In this document: positions 26,987-39,223 of the stretch, in pieces
Layout of the letters: every line of letters begins with the position of its first letter
Position numbering within the stretch: position 1 is the stretch's first letter
Assembly (NCBI RefSeq): GCF_009914755.1
Contig: NC_060937.1
Direction: 5' to 3' (one strand)
Length of the DNA: 64,000 bases
Source of the DNA: the human T2T-CHM13v2.0 reference genome, Homo sapiens
The notes under the pieces: model-generated
Databases searched by the model: none
Told to the model about the DNA's origin: nothing
The model's input: only the letters and a program-made list of their open reading frames with translations
Made by a program: the position numbers and the translations under genes

Positions 26987-29900
26987 TCTTCATGTAGTGC
27001 TTTGATATTGTTCTACTTGACTGTATAATTTGGTAATAAGAAACATGGTACACAATTACTGAATTCATGACTTATATTGCAACACAGCACTCAGGCTAAT
27101 CAATTTAAATAAATAAGTAAATCAATGACGGGCTTGCATATTTTAACACACAAAATATATAGGAAATCTCTAGTTTCTATTATTTTATTTTATTCAGTAA
27201 GATTTCCAAAGGTCATTATTATTAGTAATTGCTAAAAAGAAAACATTTTGTTTTAAATTATCATATGTTGCTTTTTGAGAAAATAGAGGATATGCCTAAC
27301 AATGTGAAATATTGCTATCCAAAAGCATACACATTTTTGTTAGCAAATTGCTGTACCTTGCTTTTGTTTTTCTTGAAACACCAGTGCTGCACTGGAAAAT
27401 AGTTTTCAGTATTTTTGAATAATGAATGACAATATCTTTATATTTTAAAGGCCTTATAGTTTATTTTTAATGTAAAGGGGCATTAATATAACAGTGTGTA
27501 GCATACTATGTAATATAAATTCATAAGAACCTTATGTCAGCTGGAAACATTTGTGGTGAACCATTTTGAATTTATCTAATTTTTACTGCTCTTTCTATAC
27601 CTTATTTTTTGAAAAGTTTCTACTCTGATTTATACACCACTGTATGTTTATAGGTCAACATGCTATCCTAACCTTAAATTAAGGCTATATTTGTGGGGAA
27701 AAAGATGCAAATTTGAATTAAAAATTGCCTAATAAAGCACCTAAGTAAAGCATTACCTTTGTAGGAAATGTGAACCCTTTTCTGAAAATCGACAACAGAG
27801 AAACACTTCAAATCTTTTAGCATATTTCAATATACTTTACATATTTCAGTATACTTTGTTAGAAAACTATTCCTTGTAAAAAATCTCATTATTATTTTGA
27901 GATTTTGAAATATCATTCAGAAATTTTGATTTAACAACATATAAAGGTTCACAAAAGGAAGTAACTGGAGACCTGGACATTCAGTAGTCTTAGTTTAGAT
28001 ACATGTTCTTGGTAATCCAACATGCTACATTGAATTAGTTTGAATTTATTGCTGTGTAAGAAACCCCTAAATTACTGACTTAAAACAAAAATATGAACTT
28101 ATTATCTCTTATGCTGCTTGTGGATCAAAAATTCAAGTTGTCAGGGCAGAAATATTCTCAATTTATGAGGCCTTAGGAGGAGGATTCAGAATTTGGTGAC
28201 TAAGTGCTAACTGTAGGCTCATTCACTCACACATTTGGTGGTTGTCCCTGTCTCTAGGCTGGCACCTTAGGTAGAGAGTTGGTGGGAATAATTACACATG
28301 GATTCTCATTGTGGCCTGGTGATCCTTACATGTCAGCTAGGCTCCAGGGGCAAGAATCTCAAGTCAGAGAGCAAGAGAGCCAGGTAGAAGCAACATTTCC
28401 TTTTCTGTTCAAGCTTTGGAAGTCAAGCCATATCACTTCTGCCTCATTCTATCCCTTTGACAGTTGCACAGTTCTGCTCAGGCTTAGTGGGAAGGGACAA
28501 AGAGCTCCTAACTCTTGACAAGTGCTGTCAACATCCCACTCTAAGATTATGGAGGGTGACATACATTGTGTAATTATAGTTTGCTTTTGGGGGCTAAAAA
28601 AATTCAAATAATCTCAATTAATTATCTCTTATAAACCCCCAATGTTCTTCCCATTGTAATATCAGCTTATAGTCTAGGATCTCATCATATAAAGTTGAGA
28701 TGCAGATGAATTTCCTCTGCTGCAGTTCCTGGAGTACAACTCTTCAAGTATAGTTCTGTGCATTTTGAAGTTTCATGAAATTAAGAGAAAAGTAAATATG
28801 TCCTCCATATCCAATATATAATAGTTGTGCAGAAATGGCATAATTTCCAAACACCACAATTCAGTGAGGGAAAAAACTGAAGGAACACACGAAGTCACTG
28901 GTCTACACAAATTATGGAATTCAGCTGAGCACATGATGCCTGCTGATTACTTGAGTAGAAATCAGTCTTATTTCCTGGGAATGATTGTCCACAGCTGTTT
29001 GATACATACTCTCACTTCCTGGATACCTTTTGCATACTCCATCTCCATAAGAAATGTCCAATGTTTTTAGCCTCAGTATTTTTCTCTGTCTGGTTCTGCT
29101 TGCTATTTGGAATCCAAAAGCCTCTTTATATTTTATACTATCTCCATCTTTAATTCTGATCTTGTCATGTTTCTGTAAAATTATCTTTAAAATGTTGTGT
29201 GTCTGTGAACCTATAAATTACATAAAAAATAAAAAAAAAAAACCTCCATGAGTTTTCTATGGAACTTACAGGGGTTTGCTCCATTAAGAAAAAAAAAAAA
29301 CACATATACAGATTTGGGTGGAATATACTTTTCTGTACTTTGGGCTTTCTATAAGGCTGTTGTAGAATGGCACCATTAAGATGCTCAGAGGAATACATTT
29401 TTGTTTGAGACACAAACTTGAAACTTTCTGGGATCTTAACAAAGGTGCTTATAGCCAAGTCCTCAGCTTGATCTTTAGATTATACTTTCTAACAATGCCT
29501 TTGATGTGAGATTAGCTCAGAAGCCATTTTATAATTTTAGCATCATTTACCATCTAGAGATGCTAAGGCAAAAAATCATTTTTGGACAAAGAAAACTGTA
29601 GCTCATTTATGTTTATTCATTCATTCTTTAGCTTATCTCTCTGCTTTTGCATTTTACTAAATGCATTTAGAAGAAGCAAGCCAACAAAATCAACACTCAG
29701 CCAGGAAATCCCCTTAGCTATATCATCCACTTTCTTAGATTGATTTTCTTTTTTTTTTGTTATTACAGATAATAGTTTTGTTAAATTTTTTTACCACTAC
29801 ATAATGATATTGATAACATCCTCAAGAGTCATCAAATTTTTGCTAACATATTTGCAAGGTCATTTCAATTTCTACCTTCCACTTGGTCTCAAAATCACTG

Positions 29901-31389
29901 ACTCAAATTTCACTATTTGTGCATATGTGGGTGTTTGTGTATGTGTAGGTGTGTGGAAGAACCATACTCTTACCTATGTAGCAATAGACAGTTAATCTCT
30001 GGTAGATCAATATATAATTAATTAACCCTAAGTTTAGTTACTTAAACAGTAATGATGTAACAATTTCTATGAAGCAGGAATACAGACAGAAAATAGTAAA
30101 CATTGCTTTCTTCTGCGACGCAATGCCTAAGACATGCATATCTTGTTGAATTGTGCTTTGCTTTTATTGCACTTAGCAAATACTACACTTCCTATAAATT
30201 GAAGGCTTGATATAACCTTGCCTCCAGCAAGTTCATCAGTGGCATTTTTCCAACAGCATGTGTTCACGTCTTGCTTTGATTCATATTTTGATAATTTTCT
30301 CAATATATCAAACATTTTCACTATTATTATATTTGTTATGGTTATCCATGATCAGTGACATTTGATGTTACTATTGTAGCTGTTTTGAGGTTCCGCAAAA
30401 CACATCCTTATAAGATGGCAAACTTAATTGATAAGTGTTGTATATGTTCTAACTGTTTCATCGACCAGTCATTCTCTGTCTCCCTCACTCTCCTTATGCA
30501 TCCTGATTCCCTGAGACAAAACAATATTGAAATTAGGCCAATTAATAACCCTACAGTGGCCTCTAAGTGTTCAAGGGAAAAGAAGAGTCACACATCTCTC
30601 ACTTTAAATCAAAAGCTAAAAATAATTAAGCTTAGTGAGGAGAACATGTCAAAAGTAGAGAGAAGCCAAAAACTAGGCCTCTTGCGGCAGTTAGCCATGT
30701 TGTGAATGCAAAGAAAAATTCCTTGAAAAAATTTTAGAAGTGGTACTGTAGTGAACAGAAACATGGCAAAAAGGCAAAACAGCCTATTGCTGATATAGAG
30801 GAAGTTTTAGTGGCTTGCTTAGAAGATCAAACCAACCACAACATTCCCTTTAGCCAAAGTCTTATTCAGAGCAAGGCACTAACTCTCTTCAATTTTTATG
30901 AAAGCTGAGAGGTGAGGAAACTGCAGAAGAAAAGTTTGAAGCTAGCAGAGATTGTTGGTTCATGAGGTTAAGAAAAGAAGCCATCTCTATAACACAAAAA
31001 TGCAAGGTGAAGCCACAGGTGCTGATGGAGAAGATGCAGCAAGTTATCCACAGTTCTAGATAAGTTAAGCAAAGTTAATTGATTGAGATGGCTACACTAC
31101 ACAACAGATTTTCAATGTAATTGAAACAGCCTTCTACTGGAAGAAGATGCCATCTAAGACTTTCATAGCTAGAGAAGAGAAGTCAGTGACTGGTTTCAAA
31201 GCTTCAAAGAACTGGCTGACTCATTCAGACTTAATGCAGCTGGTGAGTTTAAGTTAAAGCCAATTATCTTTTACCATTGTGAAAATCCTAGGCTCCTTAA
31301 GAATAACGCAAAATCTACTCTGCCTGTGCTGTATAAATGAAACAATAAGGGATGACAGCACACCTGTTAGCAGCATGGTTTATTGAATT

Positions 31390-31709
31390 TTTAAAATAAT
31401 TTCAACTTTTTTTTTAGATTCAGGGAGTACACATGCAGATTTGTTACATGGGTATTTTGAGTAATACTGTGGTTTGGGATACAAATGATCCCATCACCCA
31501 GATAGTGAGCATAGTACCCAACAGTTAGTTTTTCAATCTGTGTCCTCCTCCCTCTCTCTCCCCCTTAATAGTCCCCAGAGTCTACTGTTGCCTTCTTTAT
31601 GTCCATGAGTACCCAGTGTTTAGCTACCACTTATTAGTGACAACACACAGTATTTGGTTTTCTGTTCCTGCACTAATTTGCTCAAGATAATGGCTTCCAG
31701 CTGCATCCA
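31390..31709 (-). mobile_element. L1PA15/16-type 3' end inserted in Tigger1
   Basis: TTTTAGATTCAGGGAGTACACATGCAGATTTGTTACATGGG...GGCTTCCAGCTGCATCC; Tigger1 resumes at AGCCCATCGTTGAGACC. Confidence 0.9.
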
Positions 31710-31819
31710 GCCCATCGTTGAGACCTACTGCTCATTGACACCTTTTAAAGACACCTTTTAAAATATTACTGCTCATTGACAATACACGTCATCATCTAAA
31801 ATCTCTGATGGAGACATAC

Positions 31820-32866
31820 TATTGGGGGAACCAGCCCCCAGTATTTCAGCATAGGTTCTTTCTATTTTCCCTAAGTGTTGGCTGGTCTGAGGAATAAAGA
31901 GAAAGAGTACAAAGAGAGAAATTTTACAGCTGGGCCTCCGGGGGTGTCATCACATATTGGTAGGACAGTGATGGCGACCTCGAGCTGCAAAACCAGCAAG
32001 TTTTTATTAGGGATTTTAAAAGGGGAGGGGGTGTACGAACAGGGAGTAGGTCACAAGGATCACATGCTTCAAAGGGCCATAGAGATCACAAGGTGAAGGC
32101 AAAATTAGAATTACTGATGAGGGTCTATGTCCCACTGTGCATGCATTGTCTTAATAAACATCTTAACAGGAAACAGGGTTCAAGAGCAGACAACTGGTCT
32201 GACAAGAATTTACCAGGCTGGAATTTCCCAATCCTAGTAAGCCTGAGGGTACTGCAGGAGACCAGGGCATATTTCAGTCCTTATCTCAACCACATAAGAC
32301 AGACACTCCCAGAGCAGCCGTCTATAGGCCTACCCCCAGGAATGCATAACTTCTCCAGCTTTGTTCCTTGCTAGGAAAATAATTCAGTGATATTTCTCCA
32401 ACTCACACATCTGTCTATAGGCTTTCTGCAAGAACTAAAATATGGCTGTATTCTGCCCGACCCCACTGGCAGTCAGACCTTATGGTCATCTTCCTTTTTT
32501 CCCTGAAAATTGCTGTTATTCTGTTCTTTTCAGGGTGCACTGATTTCATATTGTTCAAACACACGTTTTACAATCCATTTGCACAATAGTGGTCCTGAGG
32601 TGACGTACATTCTCAGCTTATGAAGATAAAAGGATTAAGAGATTAAAGACAGGCATAAGAAATTGTAAAAGTACTGATTGGGGAAGTGATAAATGTCCAT
32701 GAAATCTTCACAATTTATGCTCAGAGATCACAGGAAGACAGCATAAGAAATTATAAAAGTATTAATTTTGGGAACTGATAAATGTCCATGAAATCTTCAC
32801 AATTTATGTTCTTCTGCCTCGCCTCCAGTCGGTCCCTCCATTCGGGGTCCCTGATTTCCCGCAACA
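31820..32866 (-). mobile_element. MER11 (HERV-K11/HML-8) solo LTR inserted in Tigger1
   Basis: Reverse complement starts TGTTGCGGGAAATCAGGGACCCCGAA; TSD CATAC at 31815-31819 and 32867-32871; typical internal tandem repeat ~32648-32812. Confidence 0.93.
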
Positions 32867-35800
32867 CATACAAGAAGCTTAATGTCGTTTTCATGCCTGC
32901 TGAAACAGCATGCATTCTGAAGCCCATGGATCAAGAAGTAATTTTGACTTTCAAGCCTTATTATTTAAGAAATATATTTCATAAGTTTATAGCTTCCATA
33001 ATTAGGGATTTACCTGATAGGTCTGGGCAAAGTAAATCAAAAACTTTCTGGAAAGGATTCTCCATTGTAGATGCCATTTGTGATTCATGGGAAGGCGTCA
33101 AAAGATCAACATTTACAGGAGTTTAGAATAAGTTGATTCTAGCCTTCATGGATGACTTTGAGGTGTTCAAGACTTCAGTGGATGAAGTAATGGCAGACAT
33201 GGCAGAAATAGCAAGAGAACTAGGATTAGAAGTGGAGCCTGAAGATGCGACTGAATTGGTCTAATCTCATAATAAAACTTGAATGGATGAGGACTTTCTC
33301 TTAAATAACAAGTAAATAAAGTGGTTTCTTAAAATGAAATCTACTCCTGATGAAAATGTTGTGAATATTGTTGAAATGACAACAAAGGATTTAGATTATT
33401 ACATAAAAACTTAGTTGATAAAGCAGCCAGCAGGGTTTGAAAGAATTGACTCCATTTTTGAAATAAGTTCTAATATGGGCAAATGCTACCAAACAGCAGC
33501 AAATGCTATGGAGAAATCTTTCACAAAAAGAAGAGTCAGTAAATGTGACAAATTCCATTGTTGTCTTAAAGATATTGCTACAGCCATTCCAATACACAGC
33601 AGCCAACACTCTGATCAGTCAGCAGCCATCAACATCAAGGCAAGACCTTCCACCAATAAAAAGTTTATACCTCTCTAAAGGCTCAGATGGTCATAAGTAT
33701 GTTTTAGCAAGAAAGTATTTTTAAATCAAGGTATGTACATTTTTTAGACGTAATTCAGTTGCACACATTGTAGACTACAGTGTAGTGTAAACAATATTTT
33801 TATATGCAGTGGGGAACCAAAAATTTTGTGTGACTTGCTTTACTGCGATATTCATTACTTTGAAGTGATCTGGAACTGAACTCTCAATATCTACAAAGTA
33901 TGCTTGTACCTCATTTGGGAGTCTTGAAGGCTCAGGATGGGAATTGTTTGAAGACTTGTTCACTTAGAAATTTGGTGGCTGATGAGACACACAAGGAATC
34001 AACATGTATCTTGTGATTCTTACAACATGTTGATTGGGTTCATGCCAAGTATTCTTAGAGAAACAGAAAAAGGCAGAAGCTGCATTGCCATTTGTAATGT
34101 GTTATTATCTTTTAGCATTATAAATTATGCAAAATTACTTCTGCCGCATTTTACTGGGTAAAGCAGTTACTATGCTCTGTTTAGTTTCAAGTAGAATGAA
34201 GGGCATTCCCTCACCTTTTGACAGAAATGTGTCACTATCATAAAGTAAGAAGAACCTATACGATTGGATGTATATTTGTGTGGTCATCTTTGGAAAATAC
34301 AGTCTACAGTATTGAGTAACATGACTTGGTTAAAAAAATACCAAGAAACAGAGGAATTCCAAAAGTATGATAAGGAACTTCTAAGAATGGAAAGTTATGC
34401 AATAAATAAAATAAAGTACCTTCAATCATATCAACAATATTTTAGAATGTATCGAATTGTGAATTAGCTTTCTATAACAATTATATAAATGGTGCTATTT
34501 ATGGTGAAAGATAAATGCATAAGATAATATGTACATTCTTAAATTAGTCACAATAAAATTGTACTTTACCAAGTGATTCCTAGCTACTATATAGAGATTG
34601 GCAAATAAAATATTTGCCCATTTCAACAAAGGTATAATTTCACAGGTAGATAAGTACTATATATGCTTAATAGTAATTGATCACAAATTGGGCCTGGCAG
34701 TGATGAGTAATAAAACTGTCAAAAATAAATTCTAAATGAGATGGTTTGATTAAAAAATTTTTTGTAAGGTATCAATACAAATTATCATAATTTACCTGAT
34801 TCTTTGACAGCAAAACTCTCCATTCTGTGTAACTGGGGTCACAGAGTCACAGTCTTTAGCTAAAGGTTTGAGACAGTAAAGGTAAAGTAAGAGTGAAAAT
34901 AATGCATATCCAAGGTTTTAAAGGTATGCAGGAGCTTCACTCTTCATTGCTTTTTTTCTATAATCTCTGGTGTATTTCCTGGTGCTTAGAGAAAAGACAA
35001 TGAAATTATGGACAAAAGAAAGTTCCAGAAGACAGGAATGTAAGCCACTTGTCCCCAGATTTTTTGGCAAAAGACCAAAAATTTTGGATGATATAGTATC
35101 TGAAATTTTATATTCTTATAGAAAATGTAGGATGCAATATAATTTCCCATGAAGTCTGTATACTTGTATACATGCATACCTAAAAATGAAATTCCCCCCC
35201 CCCAAAAAAAACAGTAACAAAGAATGAAGACAGCAGATATACACTCTAGGTGAACTGCAGATAAAGAGTGCTTTCCCAGTGAGAAAGCCACATTTTTCTT
35301 ACTAGAAGTTTTAACAGTACTTATAATTTATTGCATCCTTGGCAGTTAAGATAGGTGAATGGCAGGCAGAACAAAAATCAAGTAGTCATTATAATTACCA
35401 TCAGTCTCATTCATCAGCAGCATATCAATGCTTTGTGCAAATGTTGAATGAAAACAATCCACTATTAAGTGTGGATTGATAGATAATTTAACTACCTCAC
35501 AGCTTTCCCAGCGAATGACCTGGCAGAAGACTTTGGAACTCAGCACAATTTCCATCATTAGTGTCATCAGTAGCATTCCATTACATTTGCTGCTTATGTG
35601 TCAAATATGTCCCAATGAAAGCTGTAAAAATTGTCTCCCACCGGTGCTCAATAAGTCATTAGTCAGTCACATCATGAATGATGGACCAATGGGGATAAAG
35701 TAGACAAGATAAGTAGCATTCTGTGTTCTTCCAGAATAGTGAGTAGAACTCTACAGTAATTACCTGGGCTTATTTTTTTCCTGAAATATTTTTAAATTTT

Positions 35801-37213
35801 CCACAAGTGCAGTGGGATAGAATTATTTTCATGTTGCATTCCTAGACAGTATTAGTAAAACTGGCAGTTTTTAACTATTTGTTTTTCTATCTGCTGACTT
35901 GTCAAAAGGCTCCAAACATCTTTTTCTCATTTTCCAATGGTCCATGTGGGAGTGTAAATGAGAACTATGAGTTAGTGGAGTTTGCTTGAGACCTGCTGTG
36001 TACTATGGTATCAGTGGTTATTTTGAAGTCCAGCATTAATAAACATTCAACTCTATTTCCTATTAATGATAGTTCTTTAACCTTCACAACAGGCCTCAGG
36101 AATGAAAGAGAAAAATTCAGTATTTCTGACTTTGAAATTGAACAGAGGACATTAAAATTTGAAGCTAAACTGTGTGTGGGCAAATTTATATTTAAGTGGA
36201 GGTAAAATATAACTTTTAAAAAGATTTTCCTGCTGTTATTTTTTTCCTTTTCTTATTATTATTCTATGTTCCTACACATACTGAAAGTACAATACATGCA
36301 GATGTGGGCCATTTGAGATTAATATCAGCAAAGAGGCAAAAGCTCTCAACAGTTCATCATCCTTACTCTACCCTCATGAATATACAAGGAAGACAAAGTC
36401 AGGAATGTTGCTTGAGATATTATAAAACTGACTGAAAATCAGTGGGTTCTGATTAATCTTCTGGATTTTAGTATTTTTGTCAAAATAAGTTAATTTCATA
36501 TCTTTACACTTTTGGAGGAATATTTGGGGTTAAATTAAGTGTAAAGGAATATTAATCAATATTGCCATGTGTGCTATGTTATCTGGATAAAATGATGTAT
36601 AAGAATGAGACTGATATTTGCTGATGACTATATGGATAAGTCATCAGTTCAACTGAATCGATAAATTCATCATGTGTGTGGAATACTTCCAAGCAAACAG
36701 AGTATGAAATGCCTTAACACCAACTGAATACAAATGAGAATTCCTGTGTAGCATTTATGATGTTACAAACAAAAACTACATTGAGGAACTCTTCCCTTTC
36801 AAAGTTGTATAAAGCAAAACAACTCCCTTAATGAAGTATTAAAGTTAACTGATCTAAGCCTATGAAAATTAAAGTCATTACAATAGTAATATTACCTGTT
36901 TTTCTTAGCTCCACTTCGTTGGTGTATATTATGTGTGATTGTTTTCCCTTGATGAGTGAGAGCTTGACTCTGGGAACTATTCCATGGCTTTCACAGAATG
37001 ATGGGTAATAGCTCAGTGTTAACTAGCTCACTGACTATAAATTTAAAAGTCTAGTATATCATCTCTTTTCAGTTTGAAGCATTCATCAATGTGGTTCCTA
37101 AAATCTTGTTGAAGATAAACATTTTGCCATATTATGTAAATAAACTTAGATTTTCTAAAATTTGTGTCCAAGCACTGGATTTCAAAGCTACATAGAAAGA
37201 TTTTGTTGGAATA

Positions 37214-37643
37214 TGTGGTAGGCAGAATAATAAGCCCTTCTGAAAGATGTCCACATACCAATTTCCCAAACGTGTGAATATGTTACTTTACATAGCAAAA
37301 GGGATTTGGCAGATCTAATTAAGAATTTTGACACAGAAAGATTATTCTAGATTGTCCAGGTGGGAAGAATATAACCAAAATGGTTTTTTAAAGTGGCACA
37401 CAGGAGAGTCAGGGTCAGAGAAGGAAATGTAAGGATGGAAGCAGAGGTCAAGAGTTATGTCCATGAGCACATGCACTCAGTGTCTAGAACCTGGAAAAGG
37501 CAGTCTTGCCAACACCTTGATTTTAACCTTGTAAGAACCGCTTCAGGGTTTTCAACTCCAGAACTGTAAGAGGATAAACTGGTTTTATTCTAAGCCATGC
37601 CATTTGCTGCAACTTGTTATAGCAGCAACGAGAAACAAATACA
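37214..37643 (+). mobile_element. MLT1D-type solo LTR
   Basis: TGTGGTAGGCAGAATAAT start, ...GAAACAAATACA end; flanks GAATA/GGATA. Confidence 0.88.
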
Positions 37644-38421
37644 GGATACAAAAAAGATGGATAAAGAGAAAGAGATGATTATTTAACTTTTAGTATTTCA
37701 TTTTATCTTAAAAAATAAGATTTTAAAGTTAAACTTAATTTAACTAAAAAAGGGTACATGTGCAGGTTTGTTATATAGTTAAATTGCATGTCATGAGGGT
37801 TTGGTGTACAGACTATTTCATCACTCAAGTGGCAAGCGTGGTACCCTACAGGTAGTTTTTTGATCCTCATCATCCCTCTCTCCCTCCATCCACAAGTAGG
37901 CCCTGGTGTCTGTTGTTCCCTTCTTTGTGTCCATATGTTCTCAGTGTTTGGCTCCCACTTATCAGTAAGAACATATGGTATTTGGTTTTCTGTTGCTGTG
38001 TTAGTTTGTTTAGGATAATGGCCTCCAGCTCCATCCATGTTATTGTAAACAACATGAGCTCATTCCTTTTTATGGCTGCATAGTATTCCACGGTGTATAT
38101 GTACCACATTTTCTTTATCCAGACTACCCTTGACAGGCATTTAGGTTGATTATATGCCTTTGCAGTTGTGAATAGTGCTGCAATAGATATACATGTGCAT
38201 GTGTCTTCATGGTAGAACGATTTGTATTCCTTTGGGTATATACCTAATAATGGGATTGCTGGGATGAGTGGTAATTCTGCTTTGAGTTCTTTGAGAAATC
38301 GCCAAACTGCTTTCCACAATGGCTGGATTAATTTACATTTCCGCCAGCAGTGTATAAGCATTCCCTTTTCCATGCAAACTCATCAGCATCTGCTATTTTT
38401 TAACCTTTTAAAGATAGCCAG

Positions 38422-38730
38422 TTTTTTTTGTTTTTGTTTTTTGTTTTTGAGATGGAGTCTTAGTCTGTCTCCCAGGCTGGAGTGCAGCGGCACAATCTCG
38501 GCTCACTGCAACCTTTGCCTCCTGGGCTCAAGCAATTCTCCTGCTCAGCCTCCTGAGTAGCTAGGATTACAGGCGTGTGCCACCATGCCTGGCTAATTTT
38601 TTTTTTTTTTTTAATGGAGACTGGATTTCACCGCGTTTGCCAGGATGGTCTCAATCTCCTCACCTCGTGATCTGCCTGTGTCAGCCTCCCAAAGTGCTGG
38701 GATTACAGGCATGATCCACTGTGGCCAGCC
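38422..38730 (-). mobile_element. AluS (Sc-like) inside L1
   Basis: Full dimer; TSD AAGATAGCCA. Confidence 0.95.
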
Positions 38731-39007
38731 AAGATAGCCATTCTGGCTGGTGTGAGATGGCATCTTATCATGGTTTTGGTTTGCATTTATCTAATGCTTG
38801 GTGATGTTGAGCATTTTTCCATGTTTGTTGGCCTCATGTTTGTCTTCTTTAGAAAAGTATCTGTTTATGTCCTTTACTCAATTTTTAGTGAGGTTGTTTG
38901 TCTTTTCCTTGTTGATTTAAGTTCCTTATGGAGTCAGGATATTAGACTTTTATCAGAAACATGGTTTGCAAATATATTCTCCTGTCTTATAGGTTGTCTG
39001 TTTTTTC

Positions 39008-39223
39008 CAAACTTTTCCGACCCATAGCCCGCAGGCCTCATGAGGCCCAGGATGGCTTTGAATGCAGTCCAATACAAATTCATAAACATTCTAAAACATT
39101 ACGAGATTTATAAACAATTTTTTAAAGCTCATCAGCTATCATTAGTGTTAGTGTATTTTATGTGAAACAAGACAATTCTTATTGTAATGTGGCCCAGGGA
39201 AGCAAAAAGATTGGACACCCCTA
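39008..39223 (-). mobile_element. MER30 (hAT-Charlie) inside L1
   Basis: GGCCCAGGATGGCTTTGAATGC...AGCTCATCAGCTATCATTAGTGTTAGTG...AAAAGATTGGACACCCCT. Confidence 0.92.

Larger units (their letters stand above)
30557..33640 (+). pseudogene. Disrupted Tigger1 pogo-family transposase
   Basis: VASKCSREKKSHTSLTLNQKLKIIKLSEE (HTH) and VVFMPAETACILKPMDQEVILTFKPYYLR (DDE domain); stops, frameshifts and two insertions; end approximate. Confidence 0.85.
30133..33906 (+). mobile_element. Full-length Tigger1 DNA transposon, interrupted by L1 and MER11
   Basis: TIRs CATGCATA... and ...TATGCTTG followed by TA; colinear with Tigger1 consensus. Confidence 0.95.
28031..34310 (-). mobile_element. Old MLT1 (F/G/H-like) MaLR provirus: LTR ~28031-28590, internal ~28590-29985, second LTR ~29985-34310 split by Tigger1
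   Basis: Both LTR copies share motifs (TTCACT..ATTTGGTGG; AGG.AGAAGC; ACTTCTGCC.CATT); intervening sequence resembles MLT1-int. Confidence 0.65.

Noticed and set aside
32648-32812. Tandem repeat that might suggest a CRISPR-like or novel array
   Set aside because: Intrinsic U3 repeat of the MER11 LTR; no spacers or cas genes, and the DNA is primate
30355-33126. Possible domesticated TIGD1-like transposase gene
   Set aside because: Frame broken by stops, frameshifts and two insertions
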